A stretch of 64,000 nt of DNA from Octopus vulgaris (taxonomy: Eukaryota), in contig OX597829.1 in the NCBI GenBank assembly GCA_951406725.2, positions 14,756,001-14,820,000 on the forward strand, given 5' to 3'. How positions within the stretch are numbered: the stretch's first letter is position 1; every line of letters begins with the position of its first letter. This document shows positions 27,730 through 41,643 of this stretch, in pieces. The notes under the pieces were generated by a model. The model ran no database searches, was not told where the DNA came from, and saw only the letters and a list, made by a program, of their open reading frames with translations. A program made the position numbers and the translations under genes.

Positions 27730-27917
27730 TTTTGTTAAATCGTCGTTCAACTCCAGTCTTTCATTTATTTGTATTAAAAGAAAAACACACAAATTTCCAC
27801 ACGAAAGCACGTGATCTCTGCCCTTGGCATGTAGCTTCAACCGTGTTTTTCTGATATGAATTTGCTACCCAGGTATCGGTTAACCGAATTATCCATACTA
27901 AGATAATTCATTCAACT

Positions 27918-28300
<383 letters not shown>

Positions 28301-28574
28301 GTGGGTTTTATATGTGTGTGTGTGTCTCTCTCTCTTTCTCTCTCTCTCTCTATATATACATATATATATATATATTTAGATAGATAGAGAGGGAGAGTGA
28401 CAGAAAGAGACAGAGGTATATACATGTATGAATAATATTTTGGCACAAATATATAACACTGACCAACAAATTCTATCTTTTTTTTCTTTTGACCTATGTT
28501 GGGGACCTGTCTCGGGAGTAATTTTGTGTTACTGAATTTAAAAATGGCAAAACTTTGCCATCAATTTAGAAGAC

Positions 28575-28853
28575 AATAGCCTGGACTTTAAAGGCCCACA
28601 GTTCTTCAATATCCTCTTAAAGGACCTGAGAGAGCTACATGGGGTTGATATAGATGTCTTCAAAAGAAAACCAGATCTCTTACTGTCAAGAGTCTCAGAT
28701 GAACCAACTTCACAGCAGGAAGTTCAAATGAGGACATCGGCGTCAAATTTCTTCATGCAGCAAATGTCAAGTGAATTAGTGAAGTTAAAGTTATGTAGCA
28801 ACAACAAATGACAGTGCCCCAGCATGGCCACAGTTCATGAGCTGAAATTAGAT
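28575..28853 (+). mobile_element. CR1-group LINE 3' end
   Basis: NSLDFKGPQFFNILLKDLRELHGVDIDVFKRKPDLLLSRVSDEP, the typical CR1-type ORF2 C-terminus, followed by 3' UTR agtgccccagcatggccacag...gctgaaa. Confidence 0.8.
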
Positions 28854-28874
28854 CAATTCAATTCAGTTCATGTA

Positions 28875-28969
<95 letters not shown>

Positions 28970-29385
28970 GCAGACACACAGAACCACATACACATTATTT
29001 CACTTAGCCATAATAATACTAACACCCAGGTATAGAAATTCAATATACATTTTCTTCGGAAAAAAGCGTCGGTCTTGTACCACAGCATGATATTAAATCA
29101 AGTGAAGGGAACAAGAAATTACGTAATTAACTGCATTAACTTACAACTGTTTCTGCAATGATATGCAGTGCAACCCGTGAGGTGTGTTTTTGCTTCATGT
29201 TATAGATTCCTTATAAATACAATTTAATTTGGAAAGCCATTTTCATCCCTAGAAAAGATTACCGTGAAAAAGTATAAAATACATATATATTAGAAAAGCT
29301 GTGTAGAGTTTGAAGGATGGAAGTACTCCCAGGAATATGCGGATTTAGATATATTTTTTTGTGTGTGTATGTGTATATATGTATG

Positions 29386-29452
<67 letters not shown>

Positions 29453-29465
29453 CTGTATACTTTTA

Positions 29466-29986
29466 CATGGCCTGATTAATAAGTATCTGGACAGTTGACA
29501 TGGAAACGAAGCTAAAGCTCGCAGAGTAAAGCCGCTTGGTACAGATCGACAATGAACTTTGCTCTACAATTGCATTAAACTATAACGTTTTAGCTCACTT
29601 CCGCTGTTTACAGTAGTGCTTGGAAGGCCTACTCAAAGTGTTCAAGAAGTTTTCATCGTTCTCGAAATGATCAATGAGATCTTGTGCAATTGAAATGCGT
29701 GTAACTGAAACGTCTGAACTACTCGTACAGTTGCGTACGGATCACACACTCCTCTCCATACACTTTCTGCAACTTTGCGTCGGCCCCTGAGCAGGGACCA
29801 CCTTCACAACTCTTCTTGTCATGGTCAATGTTACGATCACACGCTACAGACGTTCCTTTCAAGCACTGCTGTAAACAGCGAAAGTGAGCTAGAACATTAA
29901 AACTTAGTGTGCATACACAGCATCGGCCAAGGTCAATCTGTGTCAAGCAGCTTTACGCTACATCGTGACTTATTGATCACACCTCG
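29466..29986 (-). mobile_element. Internally deleted mariner-type element with long TIRs
   Basis: TA-flanked ends ca..g.ctgattaataagt / acttattgatcacacctcg. Inverted match 29578-29628 vs 29855-29905. Minus strand encodes KLQKVYGEEC..RTQLYE*FRRF. Confidence 0.8.
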
Positions 29987-30393
29987 TATGTATAAACTTA
30001 TATCCGAAACGAACCACTACATTTATAAGAATTCATACGCATACATTCAAAGTATACAGATTGCGTATATTAATCAAATTTAAACAGTCTATATATGAAA
30101 GAACGTATAAAGTCAACCAAAAGAAGCAAAAGACACAGAAAATGAGAATCTAAAACTCATGGACGGAGAGAAAAAAGACGAAGAATCGATGTGCTGCTGT
30201 TATAAATCTTGCTACGAGTTGGTAGCCTTAAGGACTCCAACCAGGTTGACATCAAACAGTCTAGAACAAAAATAAGCTTATATATATATATACACTAAGC
30301 AAGCTGTGACCAGTTGGGTCGATGGCAGGTTCAGGTTATAAAACATTGAAGCTGATTTCAACATTGCACTGAAATGAAAGTTAATTTTATTAA

Positions 30394-30613
30394 GGCGGCG
30401 AGCTGGCAGAAACGTTAGCAAACCGGGCGAAATGCTTAGAGGTATTTCGCCTGCCGCTACGTTCTGAGTTCATATTCCGCCGAGGTCGACTTTGCCTTTC
30501 ATCCTTTCGGTGTCGATAAATTAAGTACCAGTTACTCACTGGGCTCGATATAATCGACTTAATCCGTTTGTCTGTGCTTGTATGTCCTCTCTGTGTTTAG
30601 CCCCTTGTGGGTA
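30394..30613 (+). mobile_element. tRNA-derived SINE family B (Meta-domain-like)
   Basis: ggcggcgagctggcagaaacgttagc...gagttca.attcc...gcctttcatcctttcgg.gtcgataaattaagtaccag; many copies in the window. Confidence 0.88.
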
Positions 30614-30893
30614 TTCATTTCGTGTCATCATAGGTCTTGTTTAGAAGTTGATGTTTAAGGTTTTATTGGTTATTTTACAGCATGTAATAGAAATAGGACT
30701 TCCGGGATAAACTCCAGTAACAGCATATTATGGCATATTTATGGCACACTTCTACAAAAATGCAAATGAATGAAACCACTGGTTTCATTACATATAATGT
30801 TATCTAACTTCTTTCTAGCACCCCCTGTATAATCGAACCCTACCTTTCTGAACATACATGCATAAATACATAAATACATGTGTATGCGCACAA

Positions 30894-30966
30894 ACACTGA
30901 CCCACACACATGCGTAGACACACTGACCCACACACATGCGTAGACACACTGACCCACACACATGCG
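30894..30966 (+). repeat. 26-bp tandem repeat, about 2.8 copies
   Basis: Unit acactgacccacacacatgcgtagac. Confidence 0.9.
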
Positions 30967-31475
30967 CACAAACAAACAAAAAGAACGCAGCTCGGATAAC
31001 GGACAGAGTCAACAACTAAAGAAAATTTTAGAAAAGTAAATGAGTGGAAACTCTACCAGTGAGTGTGTTAAATAATAAGGCACTAAAAGAGAATGATTCT
31101 TCCCAGACACAAAATATGTACTGAAATATTTCTGCATGTTTTTCTTTCACTCATATATGTATACATTTTTAGCTCGAACCCTACAGATACACACATAAAC
31201 ACACACTTGCTATCCCTCTCTCACACGTACATACATACTTACATACATACACACACGTTTATGTGCATACAAATATGCATATGTTATTGTATGTGTGTGT
31301 GCTTGTTTTACTGTCTCTTTGCTCTGACTTTTGGCGATACTTGTAATCGAGTATCACTCTCATGTAAAAGATTTCCTTTGTTACCAGTCTTTCATGGAAG
31401 CATGTCTGGGCACGGTGAAATATAGCCGCACGTATACGTATGTATATGTATATGTATATTCAGGTGTACGTATGA

Positions 31476-31520
<45 letters not shown>

Positions 31521-31865
31521 ATATTTATGTATGTATGAATACGTTTATATATGTATGCACATATATATATATATGCATATATGCATACATATATGTACAT
31601 ACACACATATCTATGGATATATATATACATATATAGGTACAGGATGTCATAAACGTAAACATGAAATACGAAATACAAAAACATGAAATGCGAAGACAAA
31701 CATGGGTATGAACAACGAGAGAAACAAATGGAAAACAAGACAAGTGAGGACCTTTCATCAGTTGTCGACTTACTATCTACTCCTCATTTCGAGCATTTAA
31801 TGACATTATAAGGCTTCGAAAAGCAGTTGCTTCCGCGAACCAAAATAAAACTTAGATGAAAAGTT

Positions 31866-32125
31866 AGCTTGAAAATAACACAAAGGAAACTGAGGTTAGC
31901 TGGACATGCCCACCGTCATTCAGAGTTGATACTGCACTCAGTGGTCCTCTGGATGCGCTTATATGGACAGACTAGAAGAGGGAGACCGAGGAAGACATGT
32001 GCATACCCTAAGGACAGACACTGGTTTCTGGAAGACGCAGGACATGGCAGCGATGATGAAAGACAAGGGCCGCTGAAGACAATTCCTCCATGGATCTCGG
32101 GAATTTTACCCGCCCAAGATAGATG
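31866..32125 (+). mobile_element. RTE-X-like LINE short 3' fragment
   Basis: KITQRKLRLAGHAHRHSELILHSVVLW....GQTRRGRP. Confidence 0.8.
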
Positions 32126-32284
32126 CATTTATATACATACATAAACAAACATGCACGCGCAGTATACGTACAGTTCGCAGACCTGATGGAAATATCTGGG
32201 AATTTTAAGAATATGTAAAAATTCTCATATATAATAATGCGTAATAAGGCGTTAAATATGCAATTACTAAGTAATTGTTGTTCT

Positions 32285-32435
32285 GGGTGTGAGGGTAGCT
32301 GTTTGTTTGTCAACCACGTGGCTCCCCGTTCAGTCCCACTGAGCGACATTTTCAAAAAATGTCTTCTATCATTGCCCCCTATCGGCTGAAAGCTCCCGAG
32401 TGGATTAGGTTAACGGAAACTGAAAGACCGTTGTT

Positions 32436-32467
<32 letters not shown>

Positions 32468-32687
32468 TGTATGTATGTATGTATGTATGTATGTGTGTAT
32501 GTATGTGTGTATGTATGTGTGTGTGTGTATGTATGTATGTATGTATGTATGTGTGTGTGTGAATATATATATAAGTATGCATAATGCATATATGAATATA
32601 TAAATAAATATATATATATATATATATATATATTTATGTATTTATATATGCATATACATATATGATATATACATATATGGACATTTA

Positions 32688-32724
<37 letters not shown>

Positions 32725-33240
32725 CATATGTACATATATGATATATATATGTGAACATATATATATATACACACACATACATATATGTATATATATTTAT
32801 ATACATATGAATATATATATGTATATGTATATATATGCATATATATATAAATGTATATATGCATATATGTAAATGCATATATATAAATGTATGTTTGTGT
32901 TGATGTATGTATGTGTATATGTATGCATATATATATGTATGTATGTATGTATCTGTATATGTATATGTGTGTATATATGTATATATATATATATGCGTGT
33001 ATATGTGCATGTATGTACATACATATGTGTGCCTCTTTGTATTTCGCACCACCGTTTAACAATCGACGTTGAATTGTTTACTACCACTACCATACTGTAT
33101 CTGCAAATGAGGCCTAAGAAATAAGACCCAGACTTTAAAAAGTTAAGTACTGGCGTCGATTCGTTCTACTAGAATCCTTCAAAGCGGTACCTCAGCATGG
33201 CCGCAGTCCAATGACTGACATAAGTAAAAGATAAAAGATA
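32285..33240 (+). mobile_element. SINE family A expanded by ~600 bp internal microsatellite
   Basis: Degenerate head 32285-32432 ending ggaaactgaaagaccg; tail 33030-33240 with cagcatggccgcagtccaatgactga. Confidence 0.7.
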
Positions 33241-33428
33241 CAAGAGAGGAATATTTCTTTTGACATGAAGCTCGTTAAAACGCCAAAATATCTGTGCTAC
33301 TCAAGCAAAAATTGACAGATCTCTATTAAAATATTTATCTAAGTTTTTATTGTTTGTCTTTCGTGTTGTTCCTTCAGAGTGCGTCTCTTTGTCTGTTTGA
33401 ATGCGTGATATAATTCTCCATTCGATAT

Positions 33429-33486
<58 letters not shown>

Positions 33487-33637
33487 AACCACGTGCTTTC
33501 GCACACCAATTTTCTCACCACTATATATATAATGTATATGTGTGTGTGTATATGTTGTGTGTGTGTGTGGTGTGTGTGTATGTATGTATATATGTATGTA
33601 TGTATGTTTGTATGTATGTATCTACGTATCTATCTAC

Positions 33638-33855
<218 letters not shown>

Positions 33856-34163
33856 CTAGATAGATAGACAGATATCATAGAAGGTATTATACTCTAAAAG
33901 CATTGTGTTCAAAATTTGTTTTAGTTTTTATAATCTTTTGTATTTATTTGTCCCTCTTCGTATTAAAAAAAAATGCACTATTATTTCGAGTTTTGGAAGA
34001 CTTAATACGCCCGCTCACACACACACACACAGTTACGTATTGTGACTATGAGAAAATATATCTTTATAAACATTTACGTATATACATATACACGTACATA
34101 TATATAAACATACATGTACACATTACATGTATGCATATACATACAAACACACATACATATATA

Positions 34164-34206
<43 letters not shown>

Positions 34207-34522
34207 GTATAATCTATATATAACTATCTATCGTAGCTATAAATGTCTATAATTTTACATTAATAATATAAATATAACGTACTTATTTTAATCTTACAAT
34301 AAACGTTAAAAGGAAGTTATAAGGAGACTTATTTTCCTTTGTCACTTACTTCAGTCATTAGACTGCAGTCTTTCTGGTGCAACGCCTTGAAATATTTTAG
34401 TAAAAAAAAATAAAAAGTGAGTCCATTGGTCTTTTAAACCCAGTGCACGTACTCCTAGTTATATTTGCAAATAAATTGCCATGCATTTGAAGCATCTTTA
34501 GCATTTACTGAGTTGTCTTCAA

Positions 34523-34774
34523 GGTGGCGAGTTGGCAGAAACGTTACCACACCGGACGAAATGCGTAGCGGTATTTCGCCTGTCGTTACGTTCTGAGTTT
34601 AAATTCCCCCGAGATCGGCTTTGTCCTTCATCCTTTCGGGGTCGATAAATTAAGTACCAGTTACTCACTGGGATCGATATAATCGACTTAATCCGTCAGT
34701 CTGTCCTTGTTTGTCCTTTCTGTGTTTAGCCCCTTGTAGGTAGTAAAGAAATAGGTATTTCGTCTGTCTTTACC
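34523..34774 (+). mobile_element. SINE family B
   Basis: Homologous to 30394-30613 plus tail gtagtaaagaaataggtatttcg. Confidence 0.88.
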
Positions 34775-35968
34775 TTGTGAGTATACGAAATCCATTGAAA
34801 AGCTTTTGGTTTGTATGGTGTTGCAATAGAAAGCATTTACCGAAGCTGGCGCGCACTGTGACTGAATCCGAATGAAATCTCTATATAATCATAATTTACA
34901 CCATTTGAAACATATTTATAGAAAGTTTCATTAAAAAAAATATACATTTTTATTCTGAAAGTTTTGAGGTAACAAAATCTGTGGAGCTACACTTATATAG
35001 GTGCGCTGAGTTTTCTTCCTTGGCAGGTAGCTGTTTACTTCCAAAGGTAGCCATGTAAAAATTTCTAAGTGTTAGTTACTCAAGGTTAATTGTCCGTAGA
35101 ATTTTTTTCCTCATCTTTGAAGACCGAATACAATAACTTTCATATTATTGTGCGATGTTTCGTTATGGATATAATTATACAAACCGGATTAAGTTCTCAA
35201 ACTCGAATGCTCTCGTGTGCTCTCACATGTGAATTAGAAAGTTTCTAACAAATGGGCCGGTCTGAAATGGTAGAATACATCTACGTCTAGTCATAATAGA
35301 AAAAATATAATTCAATTTTATGAAATCAGGATTTAGTTGGCCGTAAAGAAACCAAGTGGAGTTGAAGATAATATTAGTGAAACACAAATATTTATGCTTA
35401 TTAATGGCTTCAAATGCTGGCAGAAAGCCAACATTTTTAGGAGAGTAAGTTCTTTTCATAAACCCCAGTGCTCAACTGGTACATATTTTATCGATTTTAA
35501 AAGGATAAAAGGCAAATTCGACCTCACTGTATTTTAAACTATTCACTGTATTTTGTCATGTAGAAAAATTTCACACTGTTCGTAAGTACGTGTAAATACA
35601 ATGAGATATCGTACAGCACCCCATAACCAAACTGAGGCATGCATTTCGGAGTGGTTATCTCCTCTTCAGCCGCGGAGACGAAAAGTGTGTGACAGCGAAT
35701 TGACACGAGAGCAAGTTTTCTGATTTCCCGTCACCCTACAATGTCTGCTTGCAATATTTACACCGATTTGTCTACAACGAGAAATTTTTTTCCATTACTA
35801 AACACAGCGGATGACTTTCTTATAGGTTCTTATGCCTCAGACATATTTGAACTGTAACAAGATTGTGTTCTTACATATCACCACTTCTCGCTGTCAACCT
35901 GTATGATATATATATAACCTAATCCTGACTCCAACCCTAAAGCCTAAACTCCAAACCTTAAAACCTGA

Positions 35969-36036
<68 letters not shown>

Positions 36037-36283
36037 CGCCAAGCTAGTATGGCAGTCCCGAAATATAGGACAAATGCTGCCGTTGATTAGCTCCAAGAGG
36101 CCATTGCTTCTAGCTACCTATGTGACACACAAACCTGTGTCCATTATAACTTTCGAACAGGGGAGGTCAGCCGCATCCCCTTGCTGGTCAGGCATCTACA
36201 GACTAGTTTCAGGGTATTTTCCTCCTATCAATGCAGAGCAGCCGAACCCAGCAGGCCTCGCTACGAACCGTCTGTTCGAAGGA

Positions 36284-37200
36284 TTATTGCATGTTTGTAA
36301 GCAAGCCATTTTCCTCTAGGAACGGGGTCAGTCTTTTTCTGACAATGCGTTCCATGATCTTGCTAATATATGAGGTCAGAGAGATAGGTCTATAGTTTAT
36401 AGCATCTGCTCTGCTTCCTTCTTTGTGGACGGGGAAGATTATTCCTTCTTTTAACGTTTGAGGAAATGTACCGCATTCAAGGGAACTCTGGAAAAAACAT
36501 TTGCAGTGGTTTTGTAAGTGCTTTCTTGCATGTTTTTAACAGAATTGCCGGGAGTCCATCGGGGCCTGTTGCATAGTTTGGTGTTTATCTCGTCAATGGC
36601 CGAAATAATCCTCTTCTGTAATGTCAAAGTAATTGGTGGTCGCCTTTTTCTCTTGTAGGTTAGAGGTGTTGAAGAACTCATCAGGACTTCTTATTTTCAT
36701 GCTTTCTAATGAGGAGGTGAAAACACTTTGCAATTGTTTATTGAGTGCTTTCATTATCCTCTTGGGGTCTGCAGTCAGTGAGCCCATTTCATCAAAAAGT
36801 GGCCTTACTCTGTATCGTACTGAGGCAGACTCTTTTGCGAACTTGTAGAAGGCTTTGGGGTAGCTTTTTATATTTTCCACCGCCCTGGCTTCCCTGTTTA
36901 CCGTTTTTTTTTCTTGGGAGAGTCTTTATTTATTTTCATTATCTAAGAGTATCAATTTGAGGTAGCGCTTTTGGCTGTCATTAGGCTTCTCATTTAAGCG
37001 ATTTGAGATCATTATCCTCCGTCTCATTAGGATCCTTCTCTCTCAGGGAATAATGTTCTTGTGTGTGTGCGTATGGAAGGAGTTATCTTCTAGGACAAAC
37101 GTATAGCTCGCATTATAGACATGAATTCATTCAATTTCAAGTCAGTGTCTTGCATGGACAGAATTTTAAGTCAGATTTGCTGGAGTGTCTTTTTGTTGAT
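36284..37200 (-). pseudogene. CR1-group LINE ORF2 fragment (pre-RT and RT start)
   Basis: NIKSYPKAFYKFAK...LNKQLQSVFT; ATGPDG; EGIIFPVHKEGSRADAINYRPISLTSYISKIMERIV. Frameshifted. Confidence 0.88.
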
Positions 37201-37348
37201 CAACTACCAATCAGCCTTGTATGTATATATATATAAATATATGCATATATATGTGTTTATATATATGCAGGAAGTAAATTTTCAAATTCTTTTATTTAAT
37301 ACGCGAAGTGAACAATTGAAATGTAATCGATAGGTAGGACTACGTACT

Positions 37349-37640
37349 TTAGTATTTAGTTGACATTCTCTTTGCAGTTTTTAAATCAGAAACTCTTTTT
37401 GGCATTGAACTGATGAGCTTCGTGATTGCCTCTTGTGAAATTTCTGCTCACTTTTCAAGCAACAATCGAAATAATTCATCTTTAGATTTAGGTTTCTGTC
37501 GAGTTTTTCTTATAGCTCTATCTAGTATGCTCCAAAGATTTTCAATTGGTTTCACGTCAGGAGATTGGCTCGGCCAAGGAAGCTTTTTGATCCCATTTTC
37601 AGTCAGCCATTGCTAGTTCTCTTTCAGCGTGTGGCAACTT
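37349..37640 (-). mobile_element. Tc1-like transposase C-terminal fragment
   Basis: PWPSQSPDVKPIENLWSILDR...LISSMPKRV...TKY* with an internal stop. Confidence 0.85.
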
Positions 37641-37739
37641 CATTCCAGATGTAATGTTGTCATTAAGATAATTCTTGTCACATATATTATGCCACGCAAG
37701 ACACACTAGGTAAATGAAAATTATGGTCCAGCGAACTTG

Positions 37740-38325
37740 GAGCATTTCTTTAATACTTTGGAGCATGGACACAAAGTACTGAAAAAGACATTATAGCAAG
37801 GAATATTCTACCCTAGAGCGCATGCCATAAAATGAGAAAGGTATGGAATTCAAAGCTATCAAAGAAATTGCAAGTGATGTTTCTGACAACAGTGGAGTCT
37901 GTTCTGCTATACGGGGCTGAAACATGGACACTCACTAAAGCATTGAAGAAACAGTTGGACGATTGTTATACGGGGGATGTTTAGAATGGCACTCAATGTC
38001 TCCTGGAAGAGTCATACAACAAACGCCGACATATACTAGGGACTACCAAAAGTAACATTGAAGATACAGCGTAGAAGAGTAAGGCGAGCTGGACACTGCG
38101 TCAGACACACCAATGAAATTGCTAACAAGCTAGTGTTCTGTCCACCAACGTTAGGAAGAACCAAGAGAAGAGGGAAGATAATAACCTATATCGACAACCT
38201 GCTGGATGATACTGGTATGGAATGGGAACAGGAGCTGAAGTCCATTATGGAAGATCGAGATGAGTGGGGAAAACGTGTGGAAACAGTCTTGGGGCGTCCT
38301 GAGGGACGGCCTAGATAAATAAATT
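37740..38325 (+). mobile_element. RTE-X-like LINE 3' fragment
   Basis: VESVLLYGAETWTLTK...MALNVSW...RRRVRRAGHCVRH...TYIDNLLDDTG...MEDRDEW. Confidence 0.88.
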
Positions 38326-38872
38326 ATGTAATTTCAAGGTTAACATAATTAAACACCATAAGATTTTTTTAATTGCTCCTGATAAATTCAGCTAACATTT
38401 TCAAATGAAAATGTTATTTTGTTGAGGTGATATACCTGACACTTTCTGGATCCTTTCAAAAGAATTTAACATCCATTCCGCTATCTTCTCCACATACATA
38501 CATACATATATACATACATATATGCATACATACATACATACATACATACATACATACATACATACATACATACATACATACAAACATACATACATACATA
38601 CATACATACATACATACATACATACATACATACATACATACAAATGGAGGGAAGTGAGTAAAGATTGTTCGAGCACCCTCTACACAGAGCCTAACAAAAG
38701 CAACTCTCATGACACTTTCAGGCTGGGTTCCTGAGCATGACCGACGGAACTATGGATATTATTCAACCATGTCGTTCTCTGTCTACTCCAAGGTTTCCTG
38801 CTTGTTGGCTCGGTTTGAAGAAACTGTTTTGCGATTCTTTCCTGCAACATTCTAGTACCGAATGTTCTTAGT

Positions 38873-39089
38873 ACCTATTTCTTTACTACCCACGAGGGGC
38901 TAAACACAGAGGGAACAAACAAGGACAGACAAACGGATTAAGTCGATTATATCGACCCCAGTGCGTAACCGGTACTTAATTTATCAACCCCGAAAGGCAA
39001 AGTCGACCTCGCGGAATTTGAACTCAGAACGTAGCGGCAGACGAAATACTGCTAAGCATTTCACCCGGCGTGCTAACGTTTCTGCCAGC
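38873..39089 (-). mobile_element. SINE family B
   Basis: Reverse complement of the family B consensus with a short internal deletion. Confidence 0.88.
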
Positions 39090-39516
39090 GAAGCTTTGAC
39101 ATCTCAATGCAGAGATGCAACAGTTCGACCTGGAGTGACTCCGTGTTTACTATACACACTGTTGAGAATTGCTACTTCACAAACTCTTTGGAGAAATCTC
39201 ATTTCGGATGATTGCTTTCGCGATCGTGCTCTTTCAGTAATTACCCCAAATTCATGATCAAAGCAGAGGGAAGGCACGTAAAACGAACTGAAGATAATGT
39301 ATTTGGCTTTTGTTTTACAAACATCTCAGAGGATTGCATTTCTATGCCATCATCTTCGATTCTAGCAAGCAATTTAGCTTCATGTTTCCTCTCACTCATG
39401 AATATGACTCAGAGATCCTTAGTCATCTCCCCTTCACGATACTCTACTAACATGCACAGTGCACTGGGAAGAGTTTTTTCAGAGAACCAATTGTACTCAG
39501 TCTTCACAATATTAAT

Positions 39517-39751
39517 ACCTATTTCTTTACTACCCACAAGGAGTTAAACACAGAGGGGACAAACAAGGACAGACAAAGGGATTAAGTCGATTATATCGAC
39601 CCCAGTGCGTAACTGGTACTTAATTTATCGACCCCTAAAGGATAAAAGGCAAAGTCGACCTCGACGGAATTTGAACTCACAACGTAACGGCAGACGAAAT
39701 ACCGCTAAGCATTTCGCCCGGCATACTAACGTCTCTGCCATTTCGCCGCCT
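39517..39751 (-). mobile_element. SINE family B with target-site duplication
   Basis: Flanked by tattaatacct at 39510-39520 and 39752-39762. Confidence 0.9.
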
Positions 39752-39837
39752 TATTAATACCTGTCCCCGTATCACAGCACTCAGCTGCGAAACCATTCAG
39801 TGCATGATAGAGATCACATTCTAATGTTTATTCAACA

Positions 39838-40246
39838 GGCGCAGGAGTGGCTATGTGGTAAGTAGCTTGCTAACCAACCACATGGTTCCGGGTTCAGTCC
39901 CACTGCGTGGCATCATGAGCAAGTGTCTTCTGCTATAGCCCCGGGCCGACCAATGCCTTGTGAGTGGATTTGGTAGACGGAAACTGAAAGAAGCTTGTCG
40001 TATATATGTATATATATATAAGTGTGTGTGTATATGTTTGTGTGTCTGTGTTTGTCCCTCTAGCATTGCTTGACAACCTATGCTGGCGTGTTTACGTCCC
40101 CGTCACTTAGCGGTTCGGCAAAAGAGACCGATAGAATAAGTACTGGGCTCACAAAGAATAAGTCCCGGGTTCGATTTGCTAGACTAAAGGCGGTGTTCCA
40201 GCATGGCCGCAGTCAAATGACTGAAGCAAGTAAAAGAGTAAAGAGA
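39838..40246 (+). mobile_element. tRNA-derived SINE family A, full length
   Basis: Same head, body and tail as 20918-21344. Confidence 0.9.
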
Positions 40247-41279
40247 GAATACATTCCAGGTAAAACATTCCTGGGTTAATACTTGCCAGGGTCACCAAAT
40301 ATTCCTGAGGAAAATAAATCAATATAATTCTTCTAAATGCTCAAGATATACAGTTTAGGTATTTCATAATTTGTGTCTCGAATTGTCACATACATTACGT
40401 GAAAATGGCTCACAGTAGGCTTTATATCCGATTATAAGTTTTATTCACATTTTTATCGAACAGTAATCCCAACAGTGTGTTGAAGTTTTAATTAAAATTT
40501 CAGCTGTTAATTGAATATTTTTTTCTGTTTGATATATAATTTGATTTATACTTAGACTGACTGAAAACGCAAATCGGAAAACTCCGCTTGTCTCCTACAC
40601 CAGACACGCATACACAGACACACGCAGACAAAACCCGATGTCTAATGCACATTACTAATGTTGTTCCTCGTTCTTTACTCGATATCCCTTGATGACACAT
40701 TAATAACATTTTAGCTAAGAGAAACGTTGCTTTGCTCGCAGAAAGATATCTGCAGGGAATTAAGAAGGTTTGATATAGGATGAGAGAATAGTTTCAAAGA
40801 TTACGTGACGTTAGCATTGGAATTCAATGCATAATTATTAGATTTTTGTTGCTCTATAGAGCAAGCGGTGGAGAGACAAACACAAACACATAAACGCGCA
40901 CAAATACAAGCATATATAATTGTAAAGAGATATGAAGGGCTTTCACACAGTTTCCGTCTATCATACTCATTCACAAGGTATTGGTCAGCCTAGGGCCATA
41001 GAAGAAGTCTTATGCCCAATGTGTCACACAGTGGACTTGAACATGAAATTACATGGTCACGAACCGAGTTTCTTAACCACAAACTCATAACTGTACCTAT
41101 CTGTTCGTGTACATTTATATACTCACACGTCCAGACCTCTCCTACGCACTAATAGCTGGTCATTCAACCCTATTATCAACCCTATTATCTCCCTTTATTT
41201 CGCTCTCGCGTCTCATGTTTGATCTTTGACCTCTGGCCGAAATCAGATCGCCATGTTGATTCGTTAGTTACTGCACGCA

Positions 41280-41463
41280 TTTTTTTCTCTCCTTCTTTCT
41301 GTGTTTTTTTTCTCTCTGTGTATCTTTCTGTTGAAGAGCGTAGGCTCGAACTGTTAAAGACTTGTTTTATTTATATTTCCTGAGCGCCATACTAATACAA
41401 TTGTTTGTTTGTTTTCCACCTGCCTTCGTATTTTGTCTATTTTCATAAAGCTTCCCGTTATAT
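41280..41463 (+). mobile_element. Copy of the GAGC-loop-GCTCGAAAC repeat family
   Basis: ctgttgaagagcgtaggctcgaa...ttcctgagcg...cttcccgttata; inverted homologue at 41945-42130. Confidence 0.7.
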
Positions 41464-41643
41464 ACTCTGTCACCTTAGCGCTGAGGTACACCGGATAGTT
41501 GCCCGGTATTTTCACTAGTCTAGGCGACGGTTCCAAGCTATGTGTGCTGTGGGTTTCTGTCAATAAATAATTACGCATTAATTTTCCCAGGGCCCTAAGG
41601 CTAAGGCTCCCTTGTGTATACATACATAATACATACTTACATA

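Larger units (their letters stand above)
27350..27920. mobile_element. Young fold-back Penelope-like/retrozyme-like element with two hammerhead ribozymes
   Basis: 207-bp inverted arms 27350-27556 and 27562-27768, one mismatch seen, 5-nt loop gtgtt. A unique ~150-bp tail follows, with (TA)n on both sides. The ORF track shows the same peptide on both strands, confirming the inversion. Confidence 0.85.

Noticed and set aside
30894-30966. Possible CRISPR-like array (also 3614-3657 and 54421-54991)
   Set aside because: Simple tandem or irregularly spaced repeats with no unique regular spacers, no cas genes, and a eukaryotic context.
39838-39905. tRNA-like sequences at SINE heads (also 47397, 41644, 51365)
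   Set aside because: They have A/B boxes but no full cloverleaf and continue into repeat bodies; these are SINEs, not tRNA genes.
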